A stretch of 64,000 bases of DNA from Ohtaekwangia sp. (GCA_035628875.1 DASPIZ010000135.1:50875-114874), one strand, 5' to 3'. Shown: positions 40,241 to 49,899, counted from the first letter of the stretch. Made by a program: numbers and translations. The notes: generated by a model from the letters alone, not told the origin.

Positions 40241-40315
40241 CATTTGAGCTATACATTGTTTTGTCATTGGACCAAAAACTAGAACTCAGGCGTTAAAATT
40301 TTCGGTATCAATCGG

Positions 40316-40350
40316 AAAAAAAAGAGCCGTCACTTTCGCAACGGCCCCTC
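40316..40350 (-). terminator. Intrinsic terminator of the catalase gene
   Basis: Minus strand gccgttgcgaaagtgacggc followed by tc and T8. Confidence 0.75.
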
Positions 40351-40355
40351 CATCA

Positions 40356-41870
40356 TTAAAACAAATTATTACCGGGTTGCATCATTCCGGCTTCGATGCT
40401 TACACCCAATCCATCCGCGACACGCAAGCCTAACCCTGGATCGCAGCGAAAAAAGTGACAAAGCTGGCGATTAACAATAAGCTCTTTTTTTGGACCAGAA
40501 ATCGCTTTCATGGAACCGACAATATTCTTTACAAGGTTTATTCTTTCTTCTTCAGTTAACACCCTTTTATACAACCAGCCCGGCTGTGTATAATGATCAT
40601 CTTCGCCAGGGGCATTGCGATCATACCAATCCGCTACAATGGCATCCAACGAAAGTGCAGGTTCTTTGTATGCAGGATCAGGATAGATGGCATCGAAACT
40701 ATTGGGGAAATAATTTGGCGCAGATCCTCCGTTGCCATCAACGCGCATGGCACCGTCACGTTGATAGTTATGCACCGCATATGGGCACTTATTAACCGGG
40801 ATCTGCTCATAGTTTGCACCCAAACGATAACGATGTGCATCCGGATAAGATAAAATTCTTCCCTGCAACATCTTGTCAGGTGAATAACCGACGCCATCAA
40901 TAACATGGGCAGGAGCAAAAGCAGCTTGTTCAACTTCCGCAAAATAATTTGACGGGACTTCGTTTAACTCCATCACACCAACATCAATCAACGGAAAGTC
41001 TTTCTGTGGCCAAATCTTAGTAAGATCAAACGGATTAAAGTTAAACTCCTGAGCCTGCTGTAACGTCATGACCTGGACCTTCAGTGACCACTTCGGAAAA
41101 TCCCTCCGATCTATGGCTTCCACAAGATCGCGTTGCGCCTGATCGAGATCTTTTGACTTCATCAAATCGGCTTCATCTGCGGTAAAATTTTGAATTCCCT
41201 GTTGTGATTTAAAATGAAACTTTACCCACACAATGTCATTGTCCTTATTCACTAACGAAAATGTGTGACTTCCAAAACCATGCATATGCCGGTAACTGTA
41301 CGGCGTACCCCGGTCACTCATTACAATCATCACCTGGTGCAGGCTTTCCGGATTTAACGACCAGAAATCCCACATCATCGTTGGACTTTTAAGATTCGTA
41401 CGGGGATCACGTTTTTGCGTGTGAATAAAGTCATCAAACTTCTTGGGGTCTTTGATAAAAAACACAGGTGTGTTATTGCCTACCAGATCCCAGTTACCCT
41501 CTTCTGTATAAAATTTAACCGCGAAGCCACGCGGATCGCGCTCAGAATCTGCGCTTCCTTTTTCACCACCTACTGTTGAGAACCTTGCCAACACACGGCA
41601 TTCATTTCCGACATTACCGAAGAGTTTAGCACGTGTATACTTAGAAATATCATGGGTTACCTTAAATGTACCATACGCTCCGGTTCCTTTTGCATGGACA
41701 ACACGTTCAGGAATTCTTTCGCGGTTGAAGTGCGCCATCTTTTCATGCAAAATGAAATCCTGAAGTAAAACCGGACCACGCGGTCCTGCAGTCATACTGT
41801 TTTCATGTTCTACATAAGGCTTTCCACTTGCAGTGGTGAGTTTGTGTTTTTGTTCTTTTCCGTTTTCCAT
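40356..41870 (-). CDS. katA: Monofunctional heme catalase
   Basis: FNRERIPERVVHAKG, VGNNTPVFF, RILSYPDAHRYR; small-subunit size (504 aa). Confidence 0.95.
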   Translation of the reverse strand: MENGKEQKHKLTTASGKPYVEHENSMTAGPRGPVLLQDFILHEKMAHFNRERIPERVVHAKGTGAYGTFKVTHDISKYTRAKLFGNVGNECRVLARFSTVGGEKGSADSERDPRGFAVKFYTEEGNWDLVGNNTPVFFIKDPKKFDDFIHTQKRDPRTNLKSPTMMWDFWSLNPESLHQVMIVMSDRGTPYSYRHMHGFGSHTFSLVNKDNDIVWVKFHFKSQQGIQNFTADEADLMKSKDLDQAQRDLVEAIDRRDFPKWSLKVQVMTLQQAQEFNFNPFDLTKIWPQKDFPLIDVGVMELNEVPSNYFAEVEQAAFAPAHVIDGVGYSPDKMLQGRILSYPDAHRYRLGANYEQIPVNKCPYAVHNYQRDGAMRVDGNGGSAPNYFPNSFDAIYPDPAYKEPALSLDAIVADWYDRNAPGEDDHYTQPGWLYKRVLTEEERINLVKNIVGSMKAISGPKKELIVNRQLCHFFRCDPGLGLRVADGLGVSIEAGMMQPGNNLF

Positions 41871-41946
41871 GATAAGCAGTTGTTATTTGTGATACGAAGG
41901 TGTCCCAGGCCGTGCGCTAAAACAAAGCGAAAGTTTTTATATCCGT

Positions 41947-41961
41947 ATAGACAGAATCTAT
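41947..41961. promoter_or_regulatory. Putative OxyR half-site upstream of catalase
   Basis: ATAG-acagaat-CTAT matches ATAG-N7-CTAT exactly. Confidence 0.55.
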
Positions 41962-41966
41962 TACTA

Positions 41967-42170
41967 AGTTCAAGGTTCATGATTCAAGGTTAAAAGTTTG
42001 TGTTCTGTAACGAGTGGCAGACGAACTAATTTGAGGTTTGAGGTTTGAGGTTTGAAATGCCCTCATAGCTTGATACTGATTGGATGCAAAGCTCGCTTTA
42101 GCATTCAAAACCTAATTATAATTAGTTAACCGGAAACCAACCTCCAACATCAAACGTCAAACCTCAAACA
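41967..42170. repeat. Heptamer cassette copy F with an inverted tttgagg pair
   Basis: ttcaagg units from 41967; tttgagg x3 + tttgaaa (42030-42057) opposite cctccaa catcaaa cgtcaaa cctcaaa (42141-42168). Confidence 0.8.
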
Positions 42171-42185
42171 GTTCTGCACAACCCG

Positions 42186-43106
42186 TCACCTCCACGTCAC
42201 CCGAATGTACTTTTCGTTCTTTTTAAAATGTGCGGGAATAGCTTTTAGTATGGCTTGCCTGAGTTTATCAAGAAGCATTTCCTTGACAAATCCGTTGTGT
42301 ACCACCAGGCTTACTTCGCGTACGGGTTCCGGTGCGTTGAAATGTTTGACGTGTTTGTTCTTTGAATCAACCGCGAGTTCGGGAATGAGTGTATAACCGT
42401 AGTTGTTATCTACCATTGCTTTCAATGTTTCAAACGAACCGCTCTGGTAATTCAGCTGATTATGGGTTTTCTTTTGTTTCGCAGAGCAAAGGTTTTCAAC
42501 CTGTCCACGGAAGCAGTGTCCTTCTTCCAATAAAAGCAGGTTGTCGTACGAAAGCGATTTAACGTTGATTTTTTCCTGTTGAAAATACTTGAGATGTTCG
42601 GCAGTGTATAACAGAATAGGTTCGTAAAAAATCGGGATCTCCCGGATTTCGCGGTCGTCAACCGGTGTTACCAATATGGCAACATCCAAACGATTTGTTT
42701 TTAACATTCTGATAATCTCTTCGGTTTGCAATTCCATTACCGTAAAAGATGTACCGGGATGTTTCTCCAGGAACTTATTTAAAAACTTAGGCAATAGGTA
42801 AGGCGCTAACGTAGGAATAACACCGAGGCGAAATTCACCTTCGATGGAATCTTTTTCATTTCGAATGAACTCCTTTAGATTCTTAATCTCTTGTAAAATC
42901 TGCCGCGCCCTCGAAATAATAATTTCCCCTGACTTTGTTGGCTTTAACGGCTGACCTTTGTCAAAGATTTTAACGCCGAGCTCATCTTCAAGCTTTTTAA
43001 CCATCATACTGAGCGTGGGTTGTGTCACGTTACAGAAATTTGCGGCTTTGGCATGGTTCCGATGAATATCCAGCGCAATTATATATTCCAGTTGTTGCAA
43101 GTTCAT
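42186..43106 (-). CDS. oxyR: Hydrogen peroxide sensor, LysR family
   Basis: LysR HTH (CNVTQPTLS); LEEGHCFRGQVENLC with the two redox cysteines; adjacent to catalase and ahpCD. Confidence 0.93.
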   Translation of the reverse strand: MNLQQLEYIIALDIHRNHAKAANFCNVTQPTLSMMVKKLEDELGVKIFDKGQPLKPTKSGEIIISRARQILQEIKNLKEFIRNEKDSIEGEFRLGVIPTLAPYLLPKFLNKFLEKHPGTSFTVMELQTEEIIRMLKTNRLDVAILVTPVDDREIREIPIFYEPILLYTAEHLKYFQQEKINVKSLSYDNLLLLEEGHCFRGQVENLCSAKQKKTHNQLNYQSGSFETLKAMVDNNYGYTLIPELAVDSKNKHVKHFNAPEPVREVSLVVHNGFVKEMLLDKLRQAILKAIPAHFKKNEKYIRVTWR

Positions 43107-43156
43107 TCGATTGCGCTCTAATCTAAAACGGTGTCATAAACAAAACTAATAAGTTG

Positions 43157-43193
43157 ATAACAAATATCAATATTGTTTATAACATTTCCATTG
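43157..43193. promoter_or_regulatory. Putative OxyR operator in the oxyR-ahpC divergent region
   Basis: ATAA-N7-CAAT-N7-ATAA spacing; partial match to ATAG-N7-CTAT-N7-ATAG-N7-CTAT. Confidence 0.4.
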
Positions 43194-43234
43194 CTATTTT
43201 CGCGGCATCATTAAATAAAAAATTTTTAAGACGT

Positions 43235-43792
43235 ATGACAAAAGGTATTTTATCAGTAGGTCAGACTTTCCCTAAGTTCAAGAAAAGTGCAGTAGTTTCC
43301 CTTGAAAAAGGAAAAGAATTTTACGACGTCTCTTCGGATGAATTGGTAAACGAAGAAGGTCGCTGGACGGTGATGTTTTGGTGGCCAAAAGACTTCACAT
43401 TTGTTTGTCCTACAGAAATTGCAGAATTCAACAAAAATTATGGAGAATTCAGAGATCGTAATGCCAACTTAATTGGCGCTTCAACAGATTCTGAATTCGT
43501 TCACCTGGCGTGGAGAAAAAATCATGACGATCTGAGAGATCTTAAGTTCCCTATGCTGGCCGATACATCAAAAACCCTGGCCGAAGATTTGGGTATTCTT
43601 GAAGCAAATGAAAAGGTTGCTTATCGTGCAACGTTTATCATCGATCCTCAGGGTATCGTTCGTTGGGTAAGTGTAAATGACCTCAATGTAGGCCGCAACG
43701 TGAAAGAAGTAATCCGCGTGCTGGATGCATTGCAAACCGACGAACTCTGTCCTTGTAACTGGGAAAAAGGAAAAGAAACGATTAAAGCTTAA
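43235..43792 (+). CDS. ahpC: Peroxiredoxin (alkyl hydroperoxide reductase C)
   Basis: WPKDFTFVCPTEI, LCPCNW. ATG 43235 preferred. Confidence 0.95.
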   Translation: MTKGILSVGQTFPKFKKSAVVSLEKGKEFYDVSSDELVNEEGRWTVMFWWPKDFTFVCPTEIAEFNKNYGEFRDRNANLIGASTDSEFVHLAWRKNHDDLRDLKFPMLADTSKTLAEDLGILEANEKVAYRATFIIDPQGIVRWVSVNDLNVGRNVKEVIRVLDALQTDELCPCNWEKGKETIKA

Positions 43793-43890
43793 AGGTTCAA
43801 GCGGTTCAAGGTTCATGGTTTAAGGTTCAAAGTTAGGCGTTCGAATAACACCAGAATTTCGACATTGTTTGAAATTTGATGTTTGGTTAC
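43793..43890 (+). repeat. Heptamer cassette copy G (left modules)
   Basis: ggttcaa ggttcat ggtttaa ggttcaa agttagg starting 1 bp after the ahpC stop, then tttgaaa tttgatg. Confidence 0.8.
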
Positions 43891-43922
43891 GACGACATGG
43901 AACTATATTAAAATTAAAAATT

Positions 43923-44519
43923 ATGGAACAAGTAATCTTAACATATTCAGAAAGCACGCAGGAGTTTCTCGAGTTTTTACAATTGGAGAAAGATTATCGT
44001 ACGGAGGCGCTCGACTTGCTGGAAGAAGGAAAGTCGCGATACCTGGCCGATTTAAAAATCAATTTTAAAAATTCTTTTGAGAGTGAGTTTCTTTCTAAGA
44101 AGGAAATCGTGCTTCTTGGTGTAGCGCTGGCTGTCAACGCGAGCAATGGTATACTTCGTGATTTCTTTAAAAGAAAAGCAGAAGCAGAAGGTGTTACAGC
44201 GGAAGAGGTCGCGGAAGCCGTGGCATGTTCGTCCTTATTGAGCGCAAATAATGTCTTTTATCGTTTTCGCCATTTTCTTAACAAAGAAAAATACGACGAG
44301 ATCCCTGCACGTATTAAAATGAATATCATGGCTCGCCCGGTAACGGGAAAAGAGTTCTTTGAACTTATTAGTCTTGCAGTGAGTGCCGTAAATGGTTGCG
44401 AAATGTGTGTAAAGTCACATGAAGCATCCCTGCTCGAACTCGGCAGCAAGGAAGAACGGATTTTTGAAGCCGTACGCCTTGCTTCAGTTATCACGAGCTT
44501 AAGCAAAGTGGTGTATTAA
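43923..44519 (+). CDS. ahpD: AhpD-like carboxymuconolactone decarboxylase family reductase
   Basis: AVSAVNGCEMCVKSHE CxxC motif; directly after ahpC. ATG 43923 preferred. Confidence 0.88.
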   Translation: MEQVILTYSESTQEFLEFLQLEKDYRTEALDLLEEGKSRYLADLKINFKNSFESEFLSKKEIVLLGVALAVNASNGILRDFFKRKAEAEGVTAEEVAEAVACSSLLSANNVFYRFRHFLNKEKYDEIPARIKMNIMARPVTGKEFFELISLAVSAVNGCEMCVKSHEASLLELGSKEERIFEAVRLASVITSLSKVVY

Positions 44520-44542
44520 CATTCATCTGATTTATTTTCTAA

Positions 44543-44572
44543 GGACCCGGGCAAAACGTCCGGGTTTTTTAT
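44543..44572 (+). terminator. Intrinsic terminator after ahpD
   Basis: acccgg-gcaaaacgt-ccgggt followed by a T run. Confidence 0.8.
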
Positions 44573-44679
44573 TATAAAACACTGACAAGCACGTGTTAAC
44601 ATCTTGATTTATTGATAATCTTTCGGACTTACCACTTTCGGCAGGCATTTTGTGTCTAAGTATAAAAATTAAAAATATC

Positions 44680-45363
44680 ATGCGTTATACATTCATTCTT
44701 GTATTCCTTTTTACCTGTTCAGGTGTTTTTGCACAACACGAGGCATTTGAAGGCGAACCTTTTATTGAAGTAACAGGTATTGCCGAAACCGAGATCGAAC
44801 CAGATGAAATTACCTTGTTAATTCGCTTAAAAGAATTTGAAGAAAACAGGAGTAAAACTGATCTTGAAAAACTCGATAAAGATTTCCTTGCTGCCCTAAA
44901 GAAAAGCGGAATTGAGAAGAAAAGACTCTTACTTGCCGACGCGGGTTCTAAACTTGACAAACTGGGCAAGCGAGATAAAGATGCATTTCGGGAAAAATCA
45001 TATGAATTGATGCTTACGGGAGCTGCAGAAGTTGACAAATTATTGACTGCGTTGCAACCCGTTGCCGTAGACCTTGTTACTATCACCCGTGTACATCATT
45101 CACAATTGGAGAAGCATAAGCTTGATCTCAAGCTAAAGGCGCTTCAGGTCGCCCGATCGAAAGCAGAATTGTTGTTAAAAGCAATTGGTAATGAAGTGGG
45201 GAAACCCCTGATGATTCGCGAATGGGATAATGAGCCAATACCGATGGCAAAAGCCAACGTTATGATGCGGCAAGAATCTGTCGGTTTTGCAGATGAAGCC
45301 AGTATGGAGTTTAAAAAAATCAGGCTTAGAGCGCAGGTTCACGCGCAGTTTGAAATTAAATAA
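44680..45363 (+). CDS. SIMPL (DUF541) domain periplasmic protein
   Basis: Signal peptide; IEVTGIAETEIEPD; ARSKAELL; IRLRAQVHAQFEI. Confidence 0.88.
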   Translation: MRYTFILVFLFTCSGVFAQHEAFEGEPFIEVTGIAETEIEPDEITLLIRLKEFEENRSKTDLEKLDKDFLAALKKSGIEKKRLLLADAGSKLDKLGKRDKDAFREKSYELMLTGAAEVDKLLTALQPVAVDLVTITRVHHSQLEKHKLDLKLKALQVARSKAELLLKAIGNEVGKPLMIREWDNEPIPMAKANVMMRQESVGFADEASMEFKKIRLRAQVHAQFEIK

Positions 45364-45473
45364 CAGATTCAAAAAGCTGTTTATATCTCTTAAACTTTGA
45401 GAATTTTGAACTTAAAGTGACGTCTATTCACCTTACGTTAAATGAAATTGTGACTAAGCTGACAAAGTGAAAA

Positions 45474-45602
45474 CTAATGATGTCGTCTCATTTCATCATT
45501 CAATCTAAAGGCATGCCAGAAGAAAGCCACAAAGAATAATATCACCGACACTAAAACGATCAACATAACAATAGTTGTTGTTTGCAATCCAAAGATCGGC
45601 AT
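45474..45602 (-). CDS. Unannotated 42-aa single-pass membrane peptide
   Basis: Hand translation gives MPIFGLQTTTIVMLIVLVSVILFFVAFFWHAFRLNDEMRRHH*; below the ORF-track length cutoff. Confidence 0.6.
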   Translation of the reverse strand: MPIFGLQTTTIVMLIVLVSVILFFVAFFWHAFRLNDEMRRHH

Positions 45603-45725
45603 AACAGTAAGGGCTATATTGACCAAAGTGGGGGGCTTGTAACAAAGGTAAGATCGGTTGACTTTTTGAAGCTTTTACCGCAAACCGCGGGTGTAAATTC
45701 CGAACATAATTATGGATCCTTGCGT

Positions 45726-45733
45726 TATATTTG
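45726..45733 (+). promoter_or_regulatory. -7 promoter element TATATTTG for the S8 peptidase
   Basis: Exact TAnnTTTG match 28 bp before the ATG. Confidence 0.6.
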
Positions 45734-45761
45734 CAACTGTTTAATTGAAAACCAATAATTT

Positions 45762-47453
45762 ATGTTAAAAAGAATGATTCGAGTGCTGTTGGTTGTAATG
45801 ATGGGAATCCTCCTCAACCCGGCTATCCAGGTATATGGGATGTATGAATTTCAGGATACCACGCTTACTCCCCGGGACTGGTTCTTACGCGATCCTGAAA
45901 CTGACAAGGTGCAAGGCTTGAGCGTTGAACGCACGTACGAGACCTTATTGAAAGGGAAACCTTCACGCACCGTTTTGGTAGCGGTTATTGATTCGGGTAT
46001 TGACATCGAACATGAGGATCTCAAAGATGTGCTTTGGATTAATGAAGATGAGATTCCTGAAAACGGTATTGATGATGACAAAAACGGATACGTCGATGAT
46101 ATCCATGGATGGAATTTCATTGGTGGAAAAGAGGGAAATGTGGATGCCGATACCTATGAAGTTACGCGTGAATATGCTCGCCTTAAACCGAAATACGAAA
46201 ACTTCGACGAAAAGGATCTCAACAAAAAAAATAAAGCAGAATACGAATATTGGAAACGCGTTAAAACCAAATATGAACGCGATTCTAAATTTAATAAAGA
46301 ACAATTCGATCAGTATAACCAGCAATTCGAATTGTACACCAACGCACTCGCAACGATTAAATATTGTGACAGCATCTTAACTGTTAAACTCGGTGCGCCA
46401 GTTTCAAAGTCATCGCTCGCCAGTATCGCTGAGACGAACGATACCATAATGTTCGCTAAACAAACTTTAACAAAAGTGCTTGAAAATGTGCAGGGCGATA
46501 TCGCAGTGAATGAGTTTGTCACTGAACTGGCAGCGTATCTTGAACAACTCAACGAAGGTGTTGAACACTATCGCGTAGCGGTTGAGTACGGTTACAACAC
46601 GGAGTTCAACTCGCGCACCATCGTGGGAGACGATATCAATAACCTCAAAGAAAAAGGTTATGGCAATAACGATGTCGAAGGACCTGATGCAAGTCATGGT
46701 ACACACGTGGCCGGTATTATAGCCGCCAATCGAAAAAACGAAATCGGAATAAATGGCATTGCCGACAATGTTCGCATCATGTCGGTTCGCGCTGTGCCAA
46801 ACGGTGATGAACGCGATAAGGATGTGGCGAACGCTATTATCTATGCCGTGGATAACGGTGCACAAATCATCAACATGAGTTTCGGAAAATCATTTTCTCC
46901 GCAAAAAGAAGTGGTGGACAAAGCGGTGAAATATGCTGAATCTAAAGGCGTACTTTTAATTCATGCTGCCGGCAACGATGGTAAAAACCTGGATGAAGAG
47001 CAGAACTATCCTACTAAAAAGGTAGGCAAAGGAGAAATAAAAACGTGGCTTGAAATCGGTGCGTCTGCCGCGGGAGCAGAAGATGAACTTGTGGGATCGT
47101 TTTCAAACTACGGAAAAAAATCAGTTGATCTCTTTGCTCCCGGTGTAGAAATTTACTCTACTACGCCTGATAATACGTATAAAGAATTTCAGGGAACCAG
47201 TATGGCATCTCCCGCCACGGCCGGAGTAGCTGCCATCATCATGTCTTATTTTCCACACCTCGATGCTGAGCAGGTGAGGGATGTACTGCGCAAATCAACC
47301 CGTACTTTCGATGAGCTTAACGTTTCCAAGCCAGGAGACGATGAACCGCAGGAAGTTAAATTCACAGAACTAAGCAGTACAGGTGGTATTGTCAACGCTT
47401 ACGAAGCGGTAAAACTTGCTTCCACCATTCCGGTGAAAACACCTAAGAAATAA
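45762..47453 (+). CDS. S8 (subtilisin-like) serine peptidase
   Basis: VAVIDSG, HGTHVAG, AAGNDG, GTSMASP catalytic motifs; signal peptide. Confidence 0.96.
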   Translation: MLKRMIRVLLVVMMGILLNPAIQVYGMYEFQDTTLTPRDWFLRDPETDKVQGLSVERTYETLLKGKPSRTVLVAVIDSGIDIEHEDLKDVLWINEDEIPENGIDDDKNGYVDDIHGWNFIGGKEGNVDADTYEVTREYARLKPKYENFDEKDLNKKNKAEYEYWKRVKTKYERDSKFNKEQFDQYNQQFELYTNALATIKYCDSILTVKLGAPVSKSSLASIAETNDTIMFAKQTLTKVLENVQGDIAVNEFVTELAAYLEQLNEGVEHYRVAVEYGYNTEFNSRTIVGDDINNLKEKGYGNNDVEGPDASHGTHVAGIIAANRKNEIGINGIADNVRIMSVRAVPNGDERDKDVANAIIYAVDNGAQIINMSFGKSFSPQKEVVDKAVKYAESKGVLLIHAAGNDGKNLDEEQNYPTKKVGKGEIKTWLEIGASAAGAEDELVGSFSNYGKKSVDLFAPGVEIYSTTPDNTYKEFQGTSMASPATAGVAAIIMSYFPHLDAEQVRDVLRKSTRTFDELNVSKPGDDEPQEVKFTELSSTGGIVNAYEAVKLASTIPVKTPKK

Positions 47454-47482
47454 CCGAACACAAAACGTCCGGTTTCGATACA

Positions 47483-47517
47483 AAAAGTACCGTCATTACA
47501 ATGGCGGTATTTTTTTG
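47483..47517 (+). terminator. Intrinsic terminator
   Basis: aaaagtaccgtcat-tac-aatggcggtatttttt. Confidence 0.75.
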
Positions 47518-47715
47518 TGCCACCTTTATCTTAAAAATACCACGGCTAACGGTATGGATATACGTAAATTATACCGACCAGTATACCGAATAACCGTGTA
47601 ACCCTTGTATCTAAAAACCCAGGTGTACTTTTAAGGATGAAGAAATATCCGCCATGAAGCGGGTTACACAGTAATACAAAGTGGACTAGCTTTCCTGTAT
47701 ACAACAACCGTATAC

Positions 47716-48651
47716 ATGAACCCTTTTCCCCGACTGATCTTCATCATCGTACTTGCCGTGCTTACCTGCAACAGTACGAAGGCTTCTCCCCGTGCCGGAT
47801 TTTATTTGCCGGATTCTCTTCAGCAAGTCACATTAACCTATCGTAACATCAACAATCTTATTCTCCTTCCAGTGATCATCAACGATAGCATACAACTGAA
47901 TCTCATTCTTGATACAGGATGCAGAAACCTCGTCTTATTCGGAAAGAGATTTCAAAAATTATTTATTGCTGAGCCAGGAAAAAAAGTACAGTTCTCCGGA
48001 CTTGGTTCAGGTCGGGCTATTGTCGGGTCACTTTCCCTGAACAACAAAGTAAAGATCGGCGCCGTGTTAGGTGAACACATCCCTATTGTGGTCATCCCGA
48101 ATCGCAATCTGTTTGGATCATATCCCCGAATAGACGGCGTAATAGGTTATGAAGTCTTCACCAGATTTGAGATTGAGCTAAATCCGGTACATCAAAAAAT
48201 TACCTTCCGCCCCGGGTATTCCGGATCATTACCTTTGGGCTACACGCACATTCCGTTACGTATAGAAGATTCAAGACCAATTATGGATGGCAAAGTGGTC
48301 TTCGATGTCAATGAAACACAACAATTTAGTTTAATGATAGATACGGGATCAACATTGGGTTTACTTTTAAAGACATCTTCGTCCAGAGAAGCTACTACTA
48401 AAGGAAAACGATCAGTACTTGGACGCGGCTTCAATGGCATCATGGAAGGAATTCTAAGAAAAAGCAAAAAGCTGATTCTTCATAAGATGGAAATTGATAT
48501 GACTGAAACCGCCGTGGTATATTCATCTTCTTACACGCATGCTTCCCTCGGCATGGAAGTATTGAAAGATTATTCCCTTATCCTGAATTATAGCAAGGCG
48601 TATGCAGGATTAAAAAAAATAATCCAGGGTGACATTCCCGAAAGTATTTAA
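47716..48651 (+). CDS. Retropepsin-like aspartyl protease (two DTG half-domains)
   Basis: LILDTGC and LMIDTGS; IDGVIGY; signal peptide. Confidence 0.88.
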   Translation: MNPFPRLIFIIVLAVLTCNSTKASPRAGFYLPDSLQQVTLTYRNINNLILLPVIINDSIQLNLILDTGCRNLVLFGKRFQKLFIAEPGKKVQFSGLGSGRAIVGSLSLNNKVKIGAVLGEHIPIVVIPNRNLFGSYPRIDGVIGYEVFTRFEIELNPVHQKITFRPGYSGSLPLGYTHIPLRIEDSRPIMDGKVVFDVNETQQFSLMIDTGSTLGLLLKTSSSREATTKGKRSVLGRGFNGIMEGILRKSKKLILHKMEIDMTETAVVYSSSYTHASLGMEVLKDYSLILNYSKAYAGLKKIIQGDIPESI

Positions 48652-48724
48652 AAGAAGTACTGACAGGATTTAGTAAAGAAAAAAAGCATTATTACGGGAA
48701 GGATTGTATTAAACCAGTGTGATT

Positions 48725-48990
48725 ATATCGTACCTGACGGCACTAACAAAAATCCAGATTCGTTTTCTACCCTTATTGCATCCTTACGGGGTTAAGCAAC
48801 ACGTTCATTTCATCCGATCTTGTGCCTACATATAGGCAGGGAACATATTGTTAGTAAATAGAGTTTCGTTAGTGGCATTAAATTCTAAAGGCACGCTTTG
48901 TGATGCCACAGAGACAAAACGACACCAATAAATGCAACTATGAAGATGGCATATCTTCTTAGTGCCCTGGTCTCTTAGTGGCGTTAAATT
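48725..48990. repeat. Cluster of degenerate REP-like palindromes plus a solo arm of the 106/109-bp family
   Basis: gtacctgacggcac, ccttacgggg, gcctacatataggc; cttagtgccctggtctcttagtggcgttaa (~48957-48987) is the reverse complement of the 33-kb array arm. Confidence 0.6.
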
Positions 48991-49076
48991 CGAATGGCAC
49001 GCTTTATGCCAATGTGGTCGTTTAAAAAAAGAATAGTAAATTTAATACTTAGTTTTTTTAACATAACCCACACAAC

Positions 49077-49832
49077 ATGAACCAGGAAGTACATTGGAAT
49101 AACATTGCCACCAGTTACGATGATGAAATCTTTGATGTATTTAAATCCGACAAGAAAAAAGTTCTCGCCAAATACTTTAAAAAACATGCAAACAGAAGAA
49201 AAGATGCAACTGATTTCGGATGCGGCACAGGCAAAGCATTACCCTTCCTTTCTCCTGGCTTTAAACATGTGCTCGCGCTTGACATTTCGCAGGAGTGTAT
49301 CGTGATCGCAAAGGAGAGAAACTTCAACAACGTTACTTTTAAACGTGCGGACCTTACAAGACAATCCGTTAAACTTCCCCCCGCACATTTTGGATTGTGT
49401 GTTAACGTGGCCATTCTTCCAGAACTTGCACAAAATCGCGCCATCATTAAAACAGTAAAGCGTGGATTGCGAAAGAATGGTACAGCAATCTTTGTGGTCC
49501 CTTCTATGGAGTCTATGCTTTTTGCCTCATGGCAACTCCTGGAGTGGTACCGTAGAGAGAAGGTCTCACCGGAGCATATTCCTGGCGACGAATTGAATTA
49601 TTTCGACCGGAATAAAACAGATCTTATTCAGGGTATCATTAACATTAACGGTGTTCCTACCAAGCATTACACAGCACCTGAGATACACGTGTTGTTTGAA
49701 GAAGCGGGACTAACCGTAACCGCACTCAAAAAACTGGAATACGATTGGAACACAGAATTCGATTCGCCGCCTTCCTGGCTTAAAGCACCATACCCATGGG
49801 ATTGGCTGATTGAATGCAAGTCTGTTAATTAA
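49077..49832 (+). CDS. Class I SAM-dependent methyltransferase
   Basis: Motif I TDFGCGTG; LALDISQ. Confidence 0.9.
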   Translation: MNQEVHWNNIATSYDDEIFDVFKSDKKKVLAKYFKKHANRRKDATDFGCGTGKALPFLSPGFKHVLALDISQECIVIAKERNFNNVTFKRADLTRQSVKLPPAHFGLCVNVAILPELAQNRAIIKTVKRGLRKNGTAIFVVPSMESMLFASWQLLEWYRREKVSPEHIPGDELNYFDRNKTDLIQGIININGVPTKHYTAPEIHVLFEEAGLTVTALKKLEYDWNTEFDSPPSWLKAPYPWDWLIECKSVN

Positions 49833-49899
49833 GGACTTTAACATTTCATTAACGCGCTATAGTTGGTAAGCGTGTGTATATTTTCCACCATTATAAAAA

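Noticed and set aside
43869-43922. N-terminal extensions of AhpD (and of the lyase at 8181-8219, AhpC at 43154-43234)
   Set aside because: These starts fall in repeats or operator DNA; downstream ATGs match the family N-termini.
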